NCBI GenBank assembly: GCA_965208105.1
Contig: OZ242318.1
Span: 2,432,001-2,496,000, forward strand
From: Candidatus Latescibacterota bacterium
GTDB lineage: Bacteria > Latescibacterota > UBA2968 > UBA8231
Direction of reading: 5' to 3'
DNA length: 64,000 nucleotides
In this document: positions 19,991 to 30,200 of the stretch, in pieces
Layout of the letters: each line of letters begins with the position of its first letter
Numbering within the stretch: position 1 is the stretch's first letter
Position numbers and translations under genes: made by a program
The notes under the pieces: generated by a model
Databases searched by the model: none
The model's input: the letters and a program-made list of their open reading frames with translations, nothing else
What the model was told of the DNA's origin: nothing

Positions 19991-21580
19991 CTAGAGCCGA
20001 TAGGCGAACAGCTTTGCCTGGAACATTTTGACGCGGATGGCCGCCATCTCGCCGACGCCCGAGATATCGCTGTTCCCCTGCCAGGTGACCACCTGGTCTT
20101 CGGAGTCGCCGCTCAGGCGGTCGCATTGCGCAAAGGTGTAGCCGTCGAGCGGGTTCGCATCGGGGCACAACATGGTCGGGACCAGCGGCAGCAACTCCAC
20201 CTCTATCCACCCCCCGGGCGCGCAGCGGTAGTTCAGACGCAGCTGGTTTTCCAGGCGAAACACCGTGGGTATGGTGAAACGTCCTTCCGTTTCCGCCTCC
20301 ACCCCGCAGAGCCGGTGCGGGCGCCAGCGCGCCCACTGGTTCGTGGTCTCATCCATCTGCGGGAAATAGGCGCTCTTGTACTCATCCTCCACCGTGTGCA
20401 GGCTCGAGCGGCCCTGGAAGGGCACCGCCCAATGGCCGTCGGGAAGCTCCACCAGCCCGTTGCGCCACACGTGGATCTGGCCCTCGTCGCCGCTGCCCAG
20501 GGGGCCGACTCCGGCCACCGGCCGGCGCTCCGGCCGCGTCCACACCAGACCGTCGCGGCTGAAGGCCACCTGCATATCCACGTGGTCGGTGACCTGGTGG
20601 AAGACCGGAAGGAACATGGCGTGCAGTTCCCGCCGGCCCGGATAGGGGAAGTAGCATGCCCCGTAGAAGGAAATGTCCAGCGGGTCCTGGGCGTCGGGAT
20701 GGAGCAGGAGCTTGGCCGCGGGCCAGTGGCGGAAATCCTTTGTCCGCGTCAGGCCCACCGCACGGCGCACGACCTCGGTTTCGGGAATACTGCTGCCCAG
20801 GCTCCGAGGCTCCACCGGGGCGCAGCCCTGGGGCTGAATGTAGGCGAAATAGGTCTGGTTGTGCTCGTCGTAGCCCGGAGAAATGCCGCCGTTCACCGAG
20901 TAGTTGGCCAGCGGTTCGTCGATCTTCGTCCATGTCAGGCGGTCCGGGGAGGTGTATCCCTCCAAGGCGCCTTTCAGGACCACCTTGCGGCCCTTGTAGG
21001 CTTCGCCCTCGTAGTGTTCCTCCCGCCAGCACCTGTCCGCCTCGTCGGGGTCCACTTCCTCCCCGCTGTCGCGGTCGAGCCAGAACCCCTTGGCACCCAG
21101 GGCCTTGAAGCGTTCCTGGGGAGGTGCAGCGGGATCCTCGAAGATGCTTGCAGGCACCGCGGTCCTGAGGATGTTGTTCTCCGTGGACCCGTTGAATTCG
21201 GCATGGCCGAGCACCGGGCGCTCCCATTGGTAGCCGTCCTCGCTCACCGCGTAGCAGGTGTTTTCCCCGGCATGGTAGAGCATGTGCAGCCGTCCGTCCT
21301 CGCGCCAGACATGGGATGGAGCCATGTGGCAATCGGTCTCCCACTCCTTCTCGGGAACCAGGAACGGGGCCGATTTCAGCGCCTCCTCCACTCGCAATCT
21401 CACCCCGACCGGGCCGTCGAACATCTCGTAACTTCCATCCCTGGTGATGCTGCGATGGCCGGTGAAGATCTCCGCCACGTCCACCATGGCCATCCAGGTA
21501 CCGGGATTGTAGCGCGGTCGCACCCAATCACCCGGAAAGTAGCTCCCGCGCTCCAGGATAGTCTGCCGTTGGTCAGCCAA
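19991..21580 (-). CDS. Uncharacterised beta-propeller glycoside hydrolase-like protein
   Basis: CYAVSEDGYQWERP.LG, SPDRLTW, FSRDGLVWTR and a C-terminal ..KLFAY tail typical of GH32/43-like hypotheticals; TTG start. Confidence 0.6.
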   Translation of the reverse strand: MADQRQTILERGSYFPGDWVRPRYNPGTWMAMVDVAEIFTGHRSITRDGSYEMFDGPVGVRLRVEEALKSAPFLVPEKEWETDCHMAPSHVWREDGRLHMLYHAGENTCYAVSEDGYQWERPVLGHAEFNGSTENNILRTAVPASIFEDPAAPPQERFKALGAKGFWLDRDSGEEVDPDEADRCWREEHYEGEAYKGRKVVLKGALEGYTSPDRLTWTKIDEPLANYSVNGGISPGYDEHNQTYFAYIQPQGCAPVEPRSLGSSIPETEVVRRAVGLTRTKDFRHWPAAKLLLHPDAQDPLDISFYGACYFPYPGRRELHAMFLPVFHQVTDHVDMQVAFSRDGLVWTRPERRPVAGVGPLGSGDEGQIHVWRNGLVELPDGHWAVPFQGRSSLHTVEDEYKSAYFPQMDETTNQWARWRPHRLCGVEAETEGRFTIPTVFRLENQLRLNYRCAPGGWIEVELLPLVPTMLCPDANPLDGYTFAQCDRLSGDSEDQVVTWQGNSDISGVGEMAAIRVKMFQAKLFAYRL

Positions 21581-21779
21581 TTTCAGCCTCCGAATCTCAC
21601 CGATCGAAAAGGGTTCCAGAAAGGTTTCTTCAACGGGTTGGCTCCCAGACGCGAAACTGGCCTGGACGCACCGGCTGCAAGGGCGGCCTGGCGGCCATGC
21701 AGCCGCTCCGCCTGGACTCGAGTACCTTGAATGTAGGTTGCCCCACGGCGCCGATCAATAGCTGTCGAACGGCACTCCA

Positions 21780-21943
21780 GTGTCTGCGTGGGCAAGTTGG
21801 CGCATGGACCAGAGCGACGAAAGCTCCCGGCTCGCAAGGCGCCCGGGCAAGTGGTACCGGAGGTGTGCGGCGAGCGAGGGCACAACCCTGCGATACCGGA
21901 TGCTGCGGCGGCCGAACTCACGCGGAATTGCCCACGCAGGCAC
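21780..21943. mobile_element. Diverged MITE with different TIRs
   Basis: TIRs GTGTCTGCGTGGGCAA / TTGCCCACGCAGGCAC; core CCCGGCTCGCAAGGCG..GTACC..GGTGTGCGGCGAG aligns with the core of the other MITEs. Confidence 0.65.
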
Positions 21944-21977
21944 CCCAGCAGCCCGTTGATAAAGTCCATCCGGGTTG

Positions 21978-22145
21978 CTAGTGTCCCGTCGCAGAAATAT
22001 GTCGCCATTATTCCGCCGATCCATCCCGGCTCACGGCGTTGCCTTCACTCGCCGTACACCACTGGTACGACTCGCTCAGGCGCCTTGTGAGCCTGGCGCC
22101 TCGGCGGCCCAATTGCGTCAACCTATCTCTGCGACGGGACACTAG
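21978..22145. mobile_element. MITE copy 3
   Basis: Nearly identical to copy 2; CTAG at both ends, and the right CTAG contains the ggt stop. Confidence 0.88.
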
Positions 22146-23785
22146 TATGCCATGGCATACCCGTCCTGGCGCGGGTCGACGCCGGCGATCAGCGCCCCGC
22201 TGGCGGAGCTGCGCCCGATGAACTGGGCGTTTCCGGGACCGCCCCAGGCGCCCAGGATTTCCAACTTGTGGCCGCGCCTTTCAAGCCCCCGGCGCACCTC
22301 CTCGGCGAACCGCGCCTCCAGCTGAAGCCCGTCCTCGCAGGTATGAGGAACGGTGGATTCCAGCGGACTCTGCAGGCTGCGCCAGCGCGGGGCCTCCACC
22401 GCTTCCTGGGGGGTCATGCCGAATAGAATGGCGTGGGTCAGCAACTGCAGATTGGTCTGGACCTGGGTGTCGGCCCCAGGGGTTCCGCAGATGATGGCCG
22501 CTTCTCCCATCTTCGTGGCGATGACCGGATTCATGGTATGGCGCACCCGTTTCCCCGGCGCCAGGCAGTTGGGGTGGCCTTCCTCCAGGTGCCAGTAGGT
22601 CATGCGGTTGTTCAGCAGGATGCCGGTTTTTCCGGCGATCAGGCTGGACCCTAGACTGGACTGGATGCTCTGCAGAACGCAGACCGCGTTCCCTTCTCCG
22701 TCGGCGACGGTGAAGCAGGTGGTATCCTCGTTCGCTTCGGGGATGCCCGTGACCACCTGGTGGTTGGCTCGATCCGGATCGATCAGGGCGGCGCGCTCGG
22801 CGGCGTAGTCTTTCGATAGCAGGCGCTCCAGGGGAATGTCCCGCCAGTCGGGATCGGCCACGTGGGCTTCCCGGTCGGCGAAGGCGAGCTTCTTCGCCTC
22901 CACCATGATGTGAACGCTCTCGGCCGTCAGGCAGCCCATGGAGGCCAGGTCGAACTGCTCCACCAGGTTCAGTTCCTGGAGCAGGACGTGGCCGCTCGAA
23001 TTCGGCGGCATTTCATAGACGCGGTGGCCGCCATAGTCGACGTAGATCGGCTCGTCGCGGCGGGCATTGAAGGCGGCCAGATCGTCGCGTGTGAGCAGGC
23101 CGCCGTATTCCTCCATGAAACGGGCGATTTCGCCGGCGATCGCACCTTCGTAGAAGGCGGCGCGGCCCCCCTCGGCGATGGCCCTGAGGGTCTGCCCCAG
23201 GTCGCTCTGGTAGAGAATATCGCCGGGCGCGAGGGGCTTTCCCTGCGGGGCGAAGATCGCCCTGGTGTAGGGATCGCCAGCGAAGCGCTCGTGCTCCTCC
23301 TGCAAGGTGGCGGAGAGCTTGTGGCTGACGGGGAAGCCCTGCTCGCAGAGTTCTATCGCCGGCGCCAGGACCTGGTCGAGCCCGAGCCTGCCGAAGGGGC
23401 CATGCGCCAGCAGCCAGCCGTCGACGATGCCGGGCACCGAAACGCTCAGAACCCCCTTCATGGGGATGCCGCCGCGCTCGAGGTAGAACTCGCGGGTGGC
23501 CGCGGAGGGCGCCGGCCCGGTGCCGTTGACCCCGTGGACCCGGCGCGAAGCGGCGTCGTAGAACATGAGGAAACCGTCGCCCCCCACGCCCGAGCTGGGG
23601 AGCTCGACCACGCCAAGCGCCGCAGCGGTGGCAATGGCGGCGTCCATGGCGTTTCCGCCCGCCTGCAGAATCCGGAGGCCGGCCTGGGAGGCGAGCGGAT
23701 GGCCGGAGGTCACGGCCCCGTTCAGTCCCATGACGTTGGGCCGAAAGGCGGGATAGGTAATTCGATGGGGTGAAGACATGGACAT
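22142..23785 (-). CDS. ggt: Gamma-glutamyltransferase family protein
   Basis: GGNAMDAAIA, SGVGGDGF, SVSVPG, PPNSSG, nucleophile DTTCF, GILLNNR, PGKRVRHTMNP, GTPG, DPRQDG; start 23785 or 23779. Confidence 0.9.
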   Translation of the reverse strand: MSMSSPHRITYPAFRPNVMGLNGAVTSGHPLASQAGLRILQAGGNAMDAAIATAAALGVVELPSSGVGGDGFLMFYDAASRRVHGVNGTGPAPSAATREFYLERGGIPMKGVLSVSVPGIVDGWLLAHGPFGRLGLDQVLAPAIELCEQGFPVSHKLSATLQEEHERFAGDPYTRAIFAPQGKPLAPGDILYQSDLGQTLRAIAEGGRAAFYEGAIAGEIARFMEEYGGLLTRDDLAAFNARRDEPIYVDYGGHRVYEMPPNSSGHVLLQELNLVEQFDLASMGCLTAESVHIMVEAKKLAFADREAHVADPDWRDIPLERLLSKDYAAERAALIDPDRANHQVVTGIPEANEDTTCFTVADGEGNAVCVLQSIQSSLGSSLIAGKTGILLNNRMTYWHLEEGHPNCLAPGKRVRHTMNPVIATKMGEAAIICGTPGADTQVQTNLQLLTHAILFGMTPQEAVEAPRWRSLQSPLESTVPHTCEDGLQLEARFAEEVRRGLERRGHKLEILGAWGGPGNAQFIGRSSASGALIAGVDPRQDGYAMAY

Positions 23786-23808
23786 TCTCGAATGAACAGC
23801 CGCGGATA

Positions 23809-24249
23809 CTAGGGTTCTTTGGTGTATTCCGTCTCCTCGGGTGCGTCGGTGTCGCTCTCGAAATAAATGCGATAGCCGTCGGGATCGGCCAGAGAGGTTA
23901 CCCACATCCCGTTTCCAACCTGGGGTCTGGTGGCCTCGATTCCTCGCGATCTGATCTGGCGGTAGATCTCCACCGCATCCTCGCAGATGAAATATATGGA
24001 GACCCCCTCTCCCACCTTCCCCTTCGGGACCCAGGCGTCGGATCCTTCTCTGCGAAACTCCTGCAGCATCAGGCTGGCCCCTCCATGCCGGAGCCAGCAC
24101 CACCGCAGCTTCCCTTCGTCCATCCATTTGTCGCTGATCTCGAAGCCCAGCCCGCCGACGTAGTAGCTAAGGGACTCCTCCATGCTCGAAACCGCGAAGA
24201 ACGGGACCGCCTCCCTGACCTTCGCAGCCGATTCGCCTGAGGGTTCCAT
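23809..24249 (-). CDS. VOC/glyoxalase-bleomycin resistance family protein
   Basis: AVPFFAVSSMEESLSYYVGGLGF...ADPDGYRIYFE. Confidence 0.82.
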   Translation of the reverse strand: MEPSGESAAKVREAVPFFAVSSMEESLSYYVGGLGFEISDKWMDEGKLRWCWLRHGGASLMLQEFRREGSDAWVPKGKVGEGVSIYFICEDAVEIYRQIRSRGIEATRPQVGNGMWVTSLADPDGYRIYFESDTDAPEETEYTKEP

Positions 24250-24311
24250 TTATCGCCATCCTTGGAAAGGTGGTTCACTGCAATGGGGCGGTCGCCGCCT
24301 GGAAAGGCCAT

Positions 24312-24797
24312 CTAATCCCCGGACAGTCCGTGCCAATCACCGCCTTCAAACCAGCGCGTGAACTGGATGCGGTCGTCCTCATCGGCAATGGCATCGCCCG
24401 CCGCCCGCGCCTTCTCCCTGGCCTCACCAGCCGCTTTCTTCTCGCCGATGGCCGCGTAGGCCCTGGCCAGGGCGTCGTAGGCGAAGGCAAGGTCCCAATC
24501 GGCCGTCTGAGCATCATCGGCCTGCGCCAGCTCCAGATAGCGGCGGGCATGGCCCAGAGCTGCCTCTCCCATACCGGCGGCCGCATAGACATTCGCCACC
24601 AGGCACTCCCCCCGGCCCTGATTGGCGACGGTGCCCGCTTGCATCCAGTGATAGCAGCTGGCGTGGGCCGCGTGGATGTATCCCTCGCCGGTCTCCGGTG
24701 TCACCAGCCCTGATTCGAGCGCGTCCCAGGTGCGGTTGTTCAGCTCGACGGCAAACCAGCGGTGGGCGCCGGGCAGATCGAAAGAGGGCTCAGCCAT
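24312..24797 (-). CDS. Hypothetical helical protein
   Basis: Plausible protein from MAEPSF (FAVELNNRTW..HAAHASCYHW..AFAYDALARA), TPR-like helices. Confidence 0.6.
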   Translation of the reverse strand: MAEPSFDLPGAHRWFAVELNNRTWDALESGLVTPETGEGYIHAAHASCYHWMQAGTVANQGRGECLVANVYAAAGMGEAALGHARRYLELAQADDAQTADWDLAFAYDALARAYAAIGEKKAAGEAREKARAAGDAIADEDDRIQFTRWFEGGDWHGLSGD

Positions 24798-24974
24798 GGA
24801 CTGCCTTTCGAGGTTGGGGATGACGCCGCGGCTGCCCGGGCAAGGATGCGGCCCTGAGCGCAGTAGCGGACGTCCCGCCGCCGGGGACGCAAGGCGGAAT
24901 TCTACGAGAACCGCCGGGCGGAGTCCGGCCGCGAGCATTGTCACGAGGTTTGCAGGCGTGCCGCTGCCGCATGC

Positions 24975-25313
24975 CTACCAAGTTGTCAGTCCCGATTTCT
25001 GGCCCTCCCATCCCTGGTCCGAGGGAAAGACCGTCTTCATCTGGATGCGCTGCGGGTCGCCGTCGAAAAACGGCTGGACCTTCTGCCGCCACTCCAGAAA
25101 ATGGGGCGCTTCGAGGTGCGCCTGGAACGCATCTTCGTCGCGGTATACTTCGTAGAGGTAGAACCGCGACGGCACCTCCTCGTCCTGGTTGATGTCGAAG
25201 CGGAAGCATCCCGGCTCGTCCCGCACCGATCCCCGGGCGTCGCCCAGGCTGGCCTCGGCGAACTCCTCCACGTGCTCGGGTCTGACGTCGATGGTCACGA
25301 AAATCGCGAACAT
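24975..25313 (-). CDS. Antibiotic biosynthesis monooxygenase / LsrG-like protein
   Basis: RDEPGCFRFD...FYLYEVY.DEDAFQAHLEAPHF. Confidence 0.85.
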   Translation of the reverse strand: MFAIFVTIDVRPEHVEEFAEASLGDARGSVRDEPGCFRFDINQDEEVPSRFYLYEVYRDEDAFQAHLEAPHFLEWRQKVQPFFDGDPQRIQMKTVFPSDQGWEGQKSGLTTW

Positions 25314-25401
25314 GGCCTCTCCTCTGCGTTGCCTGGTGAAATCCGGACTGGAGATTATATATTCGCTTCCCGAAGCCGGTCAAGGAGAGGCCAGCCCTCC
25401 T

Positions 25402-25989
25402 CTAGTCGAGTTCGTCCAGGGTCAGGGTGAAGCTTGGAACAAATCGCTCCATGAAGTAGCGCACCTCCGGCAGCCCCAACCCCTCTATGTCCTGCTCCAC
25501 CGCCTTCTTCGCCTTGGAAAATTCCTGGTTGCCGGCCTTGAGCTCCTCCAGGCATTTTACATAGGCGCAGATCTTGTCCGCGGCCTTGACCAGTTTCCAG
25601 TTCTCCACATCGGCCTCCTCGCGGAACAGCAGGGGGCGATAGTCTCCTCGCAACCCTGCCGGGATCATATCGCACAGCTTCTGACTGGCCACCTCCTCTA
25701 TCTCGCCGTAGGCTCTTTTGATCTCGGGATTGAAGTATTTTATCGGGCTGGCCAAATCGCCGGTGATCACCTCGCCTACCTCGTGGAACACCGCCAGAGT
25801 CATCACCCTTTCGGGGTCGAGCTCTCCCGCGAACAGGCGGTTGCGGATGAGGGCCAGACCGTGGGCGATCATGGCCACCTGCAGACTGTGCTCCTGGATG
25901 TTCTCTGCCCGGATGTTGCGCATCAGGCCCCAGCGCTGAATGAACTTCATCCTCGACAGGTAGGCGAAGAAATGACTGTTTTTGTCCAT
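25402..25989 (-). CDS. yfbR: 5'-deoxynucleotidase (HD domain)
   Basis: SHFFAYLSRMKFIQRWGLMRN..ENIQEHSLQVAMIAH..TGDLASPIKY..VKAADKICAYVKCLEE..GNQEF. Confidence 0.92.
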   Translation of the reverse strand: MDKNSHFFAYLSRMKFIQRWGLMRNIRAENIQEHSLQVAMIAHGLALIRNRLFAGELDPERVMTLAVFHEVGEVITGDLASPIKYFNPEIKRAYGEIEEVASQKLCDMIPAGLRGDYRPLLFREEADVENWKLVKAADKICAYVKCLEELKAGNQEFSKAKKAVEQDIEGLGLPEVRYFMERFVPSFTLTLDELD

Positions 25990-25997
25990 GCTGTCTA

Positions 25998-27275
25998 TCA
26001 CCCCGATCTCCGGTTGATTGTGGATGCGCCGCGCTCGCCGGGCGCCGGTTGCATGGCCGCCGTGGGGTCGCGCTCGCAGACCGGAAGCGCCGCCGCCGAG
26101 AGAATTCCGCCGAACCCCACGCGGTCGCGAATCGCCTTGATGGAGCGGCCGAGGGAATAATTCTTCCTGTCGCGGACCGACTCGAACAGGTCCAGCTGGG
26201 CCGTCTCCGGGCGCGTGCGGGAGGCGCTGATCCTGATGGACTTGACGGCGATGCGGCGCTGGCAAAGCTGCTCGAACAGCGCGGCGGCCGCGGCGGCGAC
26301 GGCGGCGTACCTCTGCGTCGGCTGCGCCAGGGACCTCGACCTCCGCGCCCGCACGCCATCCGCATAGCGCAGCGTCAGCGCCAGCGAGCTCAGGTGCACG
26401 TCCCGGCTGCGCAGCTCGTAGCACAGCTTGTCGGCGGTGTAGCAAACGCACTGGACGAGGAGATTCCAGTCCACGATGTCCCAGTCCAGAATGGTCTCGG
26501 CGGACAGTTCCTCCCGCCCCCGGCCGGAGGGAGGACTGCCTGCGCCGCGAACCAGCTCGAACAGCAACTCTCCCTCCGCGCCGAACCGCTTCACCAGGGA
26601 CCTTCTGCCGAGCAAGCGTATCTGGCCCACTTTCCTGAGGCCGTACTTGGCGAGCAGGGCGCGGCAGGACCGCGACAATCCGGGCAGAGAGCTGGCCTCC
26701 AATCCGGCCAGCACGGAGTCCTCCCGGCCCGGTTCGCAGACCCGAACCTCGTCCGCCTGGGCGGCGCCGGCCTGCATTCGGGCGAGCAGCTCCAGGCGCG
26801 AGACCGCGATGGCGACGCCGTCCAGCCCGACGCGCTGAAACAGTTGGCGCCGCAACGCCTCGGCGAACGCGCCCATTTCCCAGTTGCGCTGCACCGGTGT
26901 TCCGCTCAGATCGAGCATCCAGATCTCCCTCCCGTCGCAGCGGCAGGCAGGAGTTATGGTCTCCACCAGGCGCAGCAGCCGGCCGCGGGCCTCCTCCTCG
27001 AAGTCCGGGCGCCGCAGCAGGACTTCCAGCCGCGGCAGGCGGCGGCGCGCGATGAAGACGGGCATTCCCGCATCGATCCCCATCTCCCGGGCTTGCCGCG
27101 AGCGCGCGAAAACGCTGCTCTTGTGGCTCGCCGCGCTCTGGCGCACCACCACGAAAGCACGGCCGCGGCGGGCAGGTTCCCGGGCCTCTATGGCCTGGGC
27201 GGCAAAATCGCCGATCTTGAGCGCCAGGTGGAGGGGCTCGGGCTCAGGCCGCGCCGAGGCGCCTGACATCCGCAT
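25998..27275 (-). CDS. ImuB-like inactive Y-family DNA polymerase
   Basis: S..AR.MGI..GMP, LDLSG, LPGL..L..YGL, C-terminal clamp motif QLDLF; DinB catalytic acidic motifs absent; overlaps the dnaE stop. Confidence 0.75.
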   Translation of the reverse strand: MRMSGASARPEPEPLHLALKIGDFAAQAIEAREPARRGRAFVVVRQSAASHKSSVFARSRQAREMGIDAGMPVFIARRRLPRLEVLLRRPDFEEEARGRLLRLVETITPACRCDGREIWMLDLSGTPVQRNWEMGAFAEALRRQLFQRVGLDGVAIAVSRLELLARMQAGAAQADEVRVCEPGREDSVLAGLEASSLPGLSRSCRALLAKYGLRKVGQIRLLGRRSLVKRFGAEGELLFELVRGAGSPPSGRGREELSAETILDWDIVDWNLLVQCVCYTADKLCYELRSRDVHLSSLALTLRYADGVRARRSRSLAQPTQRYAAVAAAAAALFEQLCQRRIAVKSIRISASRTRPETAQLDLFESVRDRKNYSLGRSIKAIRDRVGFGGILSAAALPVCERDPTAAMQPAPGERGASTINRRSG

Positions 27276-30200
27276 AGGTGAAGTCCTCGCCGAAGGAGTT
27301 TTCCAGCCGCCGGGACGCCAGCTCGAAGTCCACCAGCGCCGGCGACCACTCCACCGCGCGCACGGAGTCGGCCTCCAGGCTGAAGGTGTCCCAGTCCTCG
27401 CTCACGGTGCCCCAGACTTCCAGGGGCCCCGGTTCCACCAGCTCGTCGCCGCAGCGCTCCAGCACGTCGGGCCACAGAATGACGTCGGCGCACTCGCTCT
27501 TGTCCTCCAGAGTGATGAACAGCATGGGCCGCTGCGAGCGCGCGACGCGGTGGCTGCGCTCGGCGATGGGCCTCCCGAACAGCTTGATGCGGCGGCCCAC
27601 GTGGGAGTGGATCGCTCGCGCCGGCACAGCCCCTCTGGAGGCGGGATGCAGGTCGAGAATGTCGAGAATATTGCCGGACAGCATGTATCCCAGGAGGCGG
27701 AGCTCGTTGAGGCAGCGCTCGCTGAGGGTGAAATCGCCGAGGCCGCGCTGGAGCTCCGGCAGCGGCGATGCGGAGAAGGGAAGCTGGGCCTGGCTGTCGT
27801 CGGCGGCGGCATCCAGTCCGTCCAGGTGGAAGAGCAGCTCAGGCTGGGTGAATCCAAAATGGTCGAAGGCCCCGACGAGAATGAGATTCTCGATCTCCCG
27901 CCTGTAAATGGGGACGCGCCTGACGAAATCCTCCAGGCCGTGAAAGGGGCCGCCCCTCTCCCTTTCGCCGGCCACCGCCTCCATGCTGGAGCGCCTGAAG
28001 TTGCGCACGTGCATCAAGCCGGGGCGAATCCAGTTGTCGCGGCCATGGAAATGGACCTGCGAGCAATTGACGTGCAGAGGCAGGATGCGCACGCCCCAGC
28101 GCCGCGCTTCGTTCAGATACACTTCTTTGCGATAGTACCCATGGCCGTTGCTGACGACGGCGGCCAGGAACTGGGCCGGATAGCGCGTCTTCAGGTAGGC
28201 GCACTGAAAGGACAATTGGGCGTAGGTGGCGCTGTGGGACTTGCAGAAGCTGAACCCGGTGAACGAGCTGACGCGCTGCCAGAGCTCGCCGGCCTGGCCG
28301 TCGTCGAGGCCGCTGTGACGGCGGCAGCCGTCGAGGAACTCGCGGCGGGTGCGCTCCCACTCGTCGGGCGGCACCGCGCCTTCGTGCAGGCTGTTCATCA
28401 TCTTCCTGATCCTGTCCGCCTTCCTGTAGCTGAGGCCGGCGACCTGGTGGCAGATCTTCGTCACATCCTCCTGAAAGGCGCACACGTCGTGGGTGGCGTC
28501 GAGGATCTCCTCGAGGGCCGGGTGCACGAACTCCCAGTCGCGCACCCCCTCTTGCGCCTTGCGCTGGCGCTCCACGTAGGTCTGGGCGTAGGCCGTGCCC
28601 GCCGGCCGGATCAGGCTGGAGGTGACGGTGATCTCCTCGAAGGTCTGCGCCCGCGCCTTCTGGTTCAATCTGATCTGGGCGGGGCTCTCGATGTAGAAAA
28701 TGCCCCGGGTGCGGCCGCTCTTCAGGATGCTTTGGACCTGGGGGTCGGCATAGCACTTCTCCAGGTCCCACACCCCGGGGTCGTCGATGCCCTGGCCTTC
28801 CAACTGCGCCAGGGCGTCCCGCAGCACGGCCAGGGAGCCGTTTCCCAGGATGTCGAACTTGATGAGGCCGAGCTCGTCGATGCCGTTGTGCATGTCGATC
28901 TGGGTGATCAGGCGGTTCTTCTCTCCCCCCGAATACTCGCAGGCGACGTGGCGCCAGATCGGTTCGTTGGTGATGATCACGCCGCCGGCGTGCTGCCCCA
29001 GAAAACGGGGTTTGCCGACGATCCTTGCCGACAGCGCCAGAATCTCGCGGATTTCGCAGTCGTCGATCTTTTTGGTGCGCGAGCGGTGGCTCCTGAGGAT
29101 GGACGAAATCTGTTCTTCGCTGTAACCGAAGACCTTGGCGGTCTCGCGAAAGGCGGCTCGGTGGCGGAAGTGGTTGGTGGTGCAGGTGACGGCGACCCGG
29201 TCCTTCCCCCACCTTTCCACCATGTACTCGTAGACCTCTTCGCGCTCGTCCCAGGCAAAGTCGAGGTCGGCGTCGGGAGGGGAGGCGCGGTCCTCGTTGA
29301 GAAAGCGCTGAAAGTAGAGATCGTAGCGGATCGGGTCGAGGTCACTGACCCCGATGTTGTAGAACGTTATGGAGTTGGCGGCGCTGCCCCGGAGAATGGA
29401 GCAGTCCTGCAGCTGGCGGTAGGTGGAGCGGAAGCGCTCGTTGCCCCAGTCGCGGATCTCTTTGACGAAGAGAAAGTAGGAGGCGTATCCCAGCTTCGAG
29501 ATCACCTCCAACTCCATCTCCTGCAGCGCCCGCGCGCGCTCGTACTCTTCCGTGCCGGTATATCTTTCCCGCAGGCCCGCGGCGGCGAGCTCCGCCAGGT
29601 GCGACTCGGGAGTGGCACCGGCGGGGACCGCGATGGTGGGCATCTTCCACTCGCCCAGCTCGAGCTGAACGTCGCAGAGGTCGGCCACGCACTGGGTGCG
29701 GGCAACGGCGTCGAGATGGCCGGGAAAGGCCCGCTCCATTTCCGCCGCCGACTTGAGATAGGCGCCGGCTGGCTGCAGCTCCCCCTCGCGCAGGCGGGAG
29801 AGGGTGGAGTTGAGACCGATGGCGCACAGGGTCCTGTGGACTTCCCAGTCGGCCGGGGCGAGGAAGAACGAGTTGTTGGTTGCGACCAGCGGCAGGCGGA
29901 GGGCGCGGGCGCGGCGCTCGAGCTCGCGGCTGCGCGCCCTCGTGGCCGGGGAATTGTTGACGAGCTCTCCGAAAAGGCGGGTGCGATTGGGCGTCCGGGA
30001 GAGGAGCTCGAGAAGGTCGGGCGAAGAAGTCAGCAGGACGAGGTCCTCCCACGGGCGGGCCAGGACTTCGCGAAAAGAAAAGGCGGCGGGATCGGTCTGC
30101 CGCCTGGTGACGATCTCGCAGAGGTCTCCGTAGCCGGCCGCGTTGCGCGCCAGGACGACAACCGTTTCCCCGGGGCGTCCGGGCGCGGTGATCTCCACCC

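Noticed and set aside
13194-22145. Repeats considered as a CRISPR array or as small repeated genes (MATYFCDGTL...)
   Set aside because: The copies are dispersed, about 165 bp long with TIRs, with no spacers or cas genes; the ORFs are by-products of the MITE sequence.
23786-24127. N-terminal extension of the 661-aa GGT ORF (likewise the long 5' extensions of yfbR and the methyltransferase at 41418)
   Set aside because: The GGT and yfbR extensions overlap upstream genes; in all three, family similarity starts only at the downstream Met.
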